Shown piece by piece: positions 1 through 6,982 of a stretch of DNA of 6,982 nucleotides; positions within the stretch are counted from its first letter, which is position 1, and each line of letters starts with the position of its first letter. The position numbers and the translations under genes were made by a program. This DNA comes from a virus (Monodnaviria; Loebvirae; Hofneiviricota; Faserviricetes; Tubulavirales). The stretch covers positions 1-6,982 of the IMG/VR virus record IMGVR_UViG_2585427793_000001; one strand, given 5' to 3'. The notes under the pieces are model-generated. The model had not been told where the DNA came from. It ran no database searches and saw nothing but the letters and a program-made list of their open reading frames with translations.

Positions 1-2972
<2,972 letters not shown>

Positions 2973-3003
2973 CTGAATTTTTAACATTGAGGATGTCTGA
3001 TTT

Positions 3004-3429
3004 ATGAATCAAATTTACGACAGTTTTCCGTTTCCTTCCCCTGAGGGTTTTACCGCAGGTATGACAATGGCGGGATATTTTATTCACGCCACTGTCATAA
3101 ATGATGAGGAGTTAAAACCCACGGGCTCTCATTATAACCCTGAGGCTAAACCCAAATATGCCATTGTTATTGCCTATCCGTATGAGGACCGAAAATTAAA
3201 AGTCCGCCGTGAGGAGCATGAGCGCTTTTCCTGTACTGAGGAGGATTTTAAATTTTTTAATTCATGTCCTGATTTGCAGGGCAAACCTGTTTATCTCACG
3301 GTGGATGTTAACTCATGGTCGACAGGCTCTGAACGTCATGGTGTCTGGTATCGTTTTATTTCCGGCTCCATGAAACGTTTTGACGGTCAGCCGCTGGGTG
3401 CACTGCCCGCAGGTAAAGAAAAAGGCTGA
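3004..3429 (+). CDS. Hypothetical 141-aa protein in the gV slot; possible ssDNA-binding protein (by position only)
   Basis: ATG 3004 preceded by GAGGA (2989-2993), TGA 3427-3429. Lies between rep and the small coat genes, where Ff gV sits. Hydrophilic and charged (KPKYAIVIAYPYEDRKLKVRREEHERF). I see no recognisable similarity to Ff pV. Confidence 0.5.
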   Translation: MNQIYDSFPFPSPEGFTAGMTMAGYFIHATVINDEELKPTGSHYNPEAKPKYAIVIAYPYEDRKLKVRREEHERFSCTEEDFKFFNSCPDLQGKPVYLTVDVNSWSTGSERHGVWYRFISGSMKRFDGQPLGALPAGKEKG

Positions 3430-3433
3430 TGAT

Positions 3434-3574
3434 ATGTCTGACGCTGATTTTCTGAACTTTGTTTTATTTGCTGCGCCTGCAATGATTTTATTTTCTTCAG
3501 GTTTTGGCATCGGAATAAAACTGATTCGCGCCTGTGACTCACAAAGCATTACTGTTCAGCGTTATTATGACTGA
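3434..3574 (+). CDS. Small (46 aa) single-TM protein; candidate minor coat protein (pVII/pIX-like)
   Basis: ATG 3434 (the track ORF begins at an upstream TTG at 3380; ATG 3434 avoids overlap with the preceding CDS). Product MSDADFLNFVLFAAPAMILFSSGFGIGIKLIRACDSQSITVQRYYD has one hydrophobic segment. The N-terminus M-x-x-ADF resembles Ff pVII (MEQVADFDT...) as recalled. Position is between the gV slot and gVIII. Confidence 0.5.
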   Translation: MSDADFLNFVLFAAPAMILFSSGFGIGIKLIRACDSQSITVQRYYD

Positions 3575-3737
3575 ATTTGATTTCAGCGGTGTTTTATCCG
3601 CACTGAATTCTGGCGTACAGGACGGAGAACTTTACTGGGCCGTTCTGTATGTCTGGATTGTCTGCTGGCTTCTTGGCTTTGGTCTTGGTGTTATTTTCAC
3701 TCTGGTCTGCCGGATGTTCAGCGATGCTGTTAATTAA
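3567..3737 (+). CDS. Small (56 aa) single-TM protein; candidate minor coat protein (pIX/pVII-like)
   Basis: ATG 3567-3569 lies just upstream of, and out of frame with, the preceding gene's TGA stop (3572-3574), so the two genes overlap by 8 nt; the track ORF starts at GTG 3534. Product MTEFDFSGVLSALNSGVQDGELYWAVLYVWIVCWLLGFGLGVIFTLVCRMFSDAVN has a strongly hydrophobic core. TAA at 3735-3737. Confidence 0.5.
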   Translation: MTEFDFSGVLSALNSGVQDGELYWAVLYVWIVCWLLGFGLGVIFTLVCRMFSDAVN

Positions 3738-3743
3738 TTTTAA

Positions 3744-4004
<261 letters not shown>

Positions 4005-4019
4005 TAGTTATTTAACGAC

Positions 4020-4042
4020 AGCGCCCTTCGGGGCGCTTTTTT
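4020..4042 (+). terminator. Rho-independent terminator downstream of the major coat gene
   Basis: Perfect 7-bp stem AGCGCCC (4020-4026) / GGGCGCT (4031-4037) with a UUCG tetraloop (4027-4030), followed by a T-run to 4042. Same position as the gVIII terminator in Ff phages. Confidence 0.75.
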
Positions 4043-4046
4043 AATC

Positions 4047-5402
4047 ATGCCAGGAGTGTTTTGCTTGATTCGTTTTATTATTCCGCTTCTGTTTTTGTTC
4101 TTTTCTTCGCTTTCTTTTGCTGAGGAGAAAGAAGATCCGGATAAGCTTGTTCAGTGTTTTGGCCGTTTAGACTGCAGAACAGCTTATTCAGATGCGGGAG
4201 CATCGATTAAATTAGCCAGGGGAGCTGGTCATATTTATTGTGGTTCCGGTGGTTACGACGCGTGCTCCGGAATAATTCATTATTGCGGTAGTAAGCTATC
4301 AGACCCGTCTAGCGCGCCTTCCACCGTTGGGGTTTTTGTCCATGCCCGGTGGTCCGCATATAAAGTCTGGGATTTAGAGAAGCGAGAGTGGGAAACCTGC
4401 ACTCTTGATTTTCAGGGTGGTGAGGGGGATTTGACACCTGAATATAATAAGCCGCCAACTGACGAGATTTGTCTTTCTCGTCCGGTTCTTGATGGTATGA
4501 CTTTTCCTGGTGTTTATAAAGGTGATGACGGGACCCGTTATGTTAATGTGCAGGGGTGTATTTATGAGGCAACCGGCAATCCTTTTATTTGTAATCCCGA
4601 TGATGATACGGTTTGTACTGCCAACTGGAAACCAGTTGCTGTAGATCCTGCATTCTCCGATGATAAGGAGGATGACGGTAGCTCAGGTGGTGGCAGTTCC
4701 GGTGGTGGTAACTCAGGCGGCGGCAGCTCAGGTGGTGGCAGTTCTGGCGGTGGTAGCTCAGGTGGCGGCAGTTCCGGTGGTGGTAACTCAGGCGGCGGCA
4801 GCTCAGGTGGTGGCAGTTCTGGCGGTGGTAGCATAGGTGGTGGCAGTTCCGGTGGTGGTAACTCAGGCGGCGGCAGCTCAGGTGGTGGTAGTTCCGGTGG
4901 CGGTAACTCAGGCGGTGGCAGTTCCTCCGGCGATGGCTGGCTTGATGGTGTTTTGGGCTGGTTACAGCGTATTTGGGTTTCAGTGAATGATTTGAATAGT
5001 TTCTTTTCTTTTTCTCAGGCTGATGTAAATAACTCACTGAATACTTTTGATGGCCAGCTGTCTGATATTGTTAAAAATGAATCGGGGGATTCATCAAATG
5101 ATTATGATTCTTTAATCTCTGAGTTTATTGATAAGCTACCTAAGGAGTGGTTATTTATTGATTTTGACAAGTTATTTTTTCCTGGTAATCAGCGTTTCGA
5201 TAAGGCTCAGCCACTTGAGGTTGATTTTTCATTTTCTCTTCCGGTGATTGGGACTGTACATTTTACAGTTGATACAACCGATTTTTCATCAGCGTATGAT
5301 TTGTTGTTAAGGCCTGTTCTGGAATATTTTATTTATGCACTTACTGTTCTTCGTCTTTATTTTGTTTATCGTCGCGCCCTGATGCGTCATGCTGAGGTTT
5401 AG
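4047..5402 (+). CDS. Adsorption / minor coat protein pIII-like: signal peptide, Cys-rich N-terminal domain, Ff N1-like TolA-binding domain, Gly/Ser repeat linker, C-terminal membrane-anchor domain
   Basis: 451-aa ORF. Signal peptide ...LLFLFFSSLSFA|EE. Residues ~139-197 (ICLSRPVLDGMTFPGVYKGDDGTRYVNVQGCIYEATGNPFICNPDDDTVCTANWKP) align with recalled Ff pIII N1 (SCLAKPHTENSFTNVWKDDKTLDRYANYEGCLWNATGVVVCTGDETQCYGTWVP). A (GGGSS/GGGNS)n linker follows, then a hydrophobic C-terminal anchor (LEYFIYALTVLRLYFVYRRALMRHAEV). Start uncertain: ATG 4047 has no SD, whereas in-frame TTG 4065 follows AGGAG (4052-4056) by 8 nt. TAG at 5400-5402. Confidence 0.85.
   Translation: MPGVFCLIRFIIPLLFLFFSSLSFAEEKEDPDKLVQCFGRLDCRTAYSDAGASIKLARGAGHIYCGSGGYDACSGIIHYCGSKLSDPSSAPSTVGVFVHARWSAYKVWDLEKREWETCTLDFQGGEGDLTPEYNKPPTDEICLSRPVLDGMTFPGVYKGDDGTRYVNVQGCIYEATGNPFICNPDDDTVCTANWKPVAVDPAFSDDKEDDGSSGGGSSGGGNSGGGSSGGGSSGGGSSGGGSSGGGNSGGGSSGGGSSGGGSIGGGSSGGGNSGGGSSGGGSSGGGNSGGGSSSGDGWLDGVLGWLQRIWVSVNDLNSFFSFSQADVNNSLNTFDGQLSDIVKNESGDSSNDYDSLISEFIDKLPKEWLFIDFDKLFFPGNQRFDKAQPLEVDFSFSLPVIGTVHFTVDTTDFSSAYDLLLRPVLEYFIYALTVLRLYFVYRRALMRHAEV
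4680..4928 (+). repeat. Tandem 15-nt repeat array (about 16 units) encoding the SSGGG/NSGGG pentapeptide linker of pIII; contains a 75-nt higher-order tandem duplication
   Basis: Direct read: units agctcaggtggtggc / agttccggtggtggt / aactcaggcggcggc iterated. Blocks 4725-4799 and 4800-4874 are identical at 72 of 75 positions. Confidence 0.9.
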
Positions 5403-5404
5403 TT

Positions 5405-5767
5405 ATGGTTATTTTTATTAATTTCATTTATTCTTTTGTGCTCATTATTTTCAGGAGGCTGCTGCCTTTTCTCAGGAATAAGTTTCCTTCTGTTTTTTCT
5501 TACACGGGTACGTTAACGTATCTTTTTATGTCGATTTCTCTTGCTGTAAGTTTTATTATTGCAGCAAACTCTGTTATTGATACTGTTTCTTCTTCTGCTG
5601 TCATGAACAGGTATCTTATTATTGCGTTCAGCTATTTGCCCCATAACTTTACATTTTGCGCAAACCTCATTATCGCTGCTGATTTTCTTTCTTTTCTTTT
5701 TCACTCAAAGGATCGTATTTATCGATATATTCGCTTGTTTATCTCAGGAAAAATACCGGGAGGCTAA
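5405..5767 (+). CDS. pVI-like minor coat protein (hydrophobic, 120 aa)
   Basis: ATG 5405 with GAGG (5394-5397) 7 nt upstream, starting 2 nt after the pIII stop. Product is highly hydrophobic with several predicted TM segments. Size and position (between gIII and gI) match Ff gVI (112 aa). TAA at 5765-5767. Confidence 0.6.
   Translation: MVIFINFIYSFVLIIFRRLLPFLRNKFPSVFSYTGTLTYLFMSISLAVSFIIAANSVIDTVSSSAVMNRYLIIAFSYLPHNFTFCANLIIAADFLSFLFHSKDRIYRYIRLFISGKIPGG

Positions 5768-6982
<1,215 letters not shown>

Noticed and set aside
3380-3433. Upstream extension of the first small ORF from TTG 3380 (MTVSRWVHCPQVKKKADD...)
   Set aside because: It would overlap the 3' end of the 141-aa gene; ATG 3434 immediately after that gene's stop is the more parsimonious start. 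The extension cannot be excluded.
4562-5037. Two minus-strand ORFs (90 aa and 150 aa) with PELPP and HH/RN-rich repeats
   Set aside because: They are the reverse-complement reading of the pIII Gly/Ser codon repeat array; low-complexity artefacts antisense to a well-supported gene.

Overview
The window is essentially one co-directional (+ strand) gene block of a filamentous phage (Inovirus-type), probably a prophage or replicative-form segment. It opens with an IS110-family DEDD recombinase gene (1-966), followed 2 nt later by a rolling-circle replication initiator of the phiX174-A/P2-A type (969-2972). Downstream is a complete Ff-like virion and assembly module in canonical order: a gV-slot protein, two small single-TM proteins in the pVII/pIX slot, the major coat protein pVIII, a rho-independent terminator, the adsorption protein pIII with a Gly/Ser pentapeptide-repeat linker, a pVI-like protein, and the pI/Zot-type assembly NTPase, which ends at the window edge. 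I saw no rRNA, tRNA, CRISPR array, secretin (pIV) gene or dif-like site. The points most worth follow-up are: (1) the recombinase is tightly coupled to the Rep gene, suggesting an IS110-type, possibly bridge-RNA-guided, integrase for this phage, with any bridge RNA expected outside the window; (2) pIII has an extra Cys-rich N-terminal domain ahead of an Ff N1-like TolA-binding domain and no N2 domain; (3) pI has a Walker A variant GKG in place of GK[ST]; (4) a G9 homopolymer sits near the 3' end of rep; (5) the pIII linker contains a near-perfect 75-nt tandem duplication. All homology statements rest on my reading of the translations and recollection of reference proteins; no database search was run.
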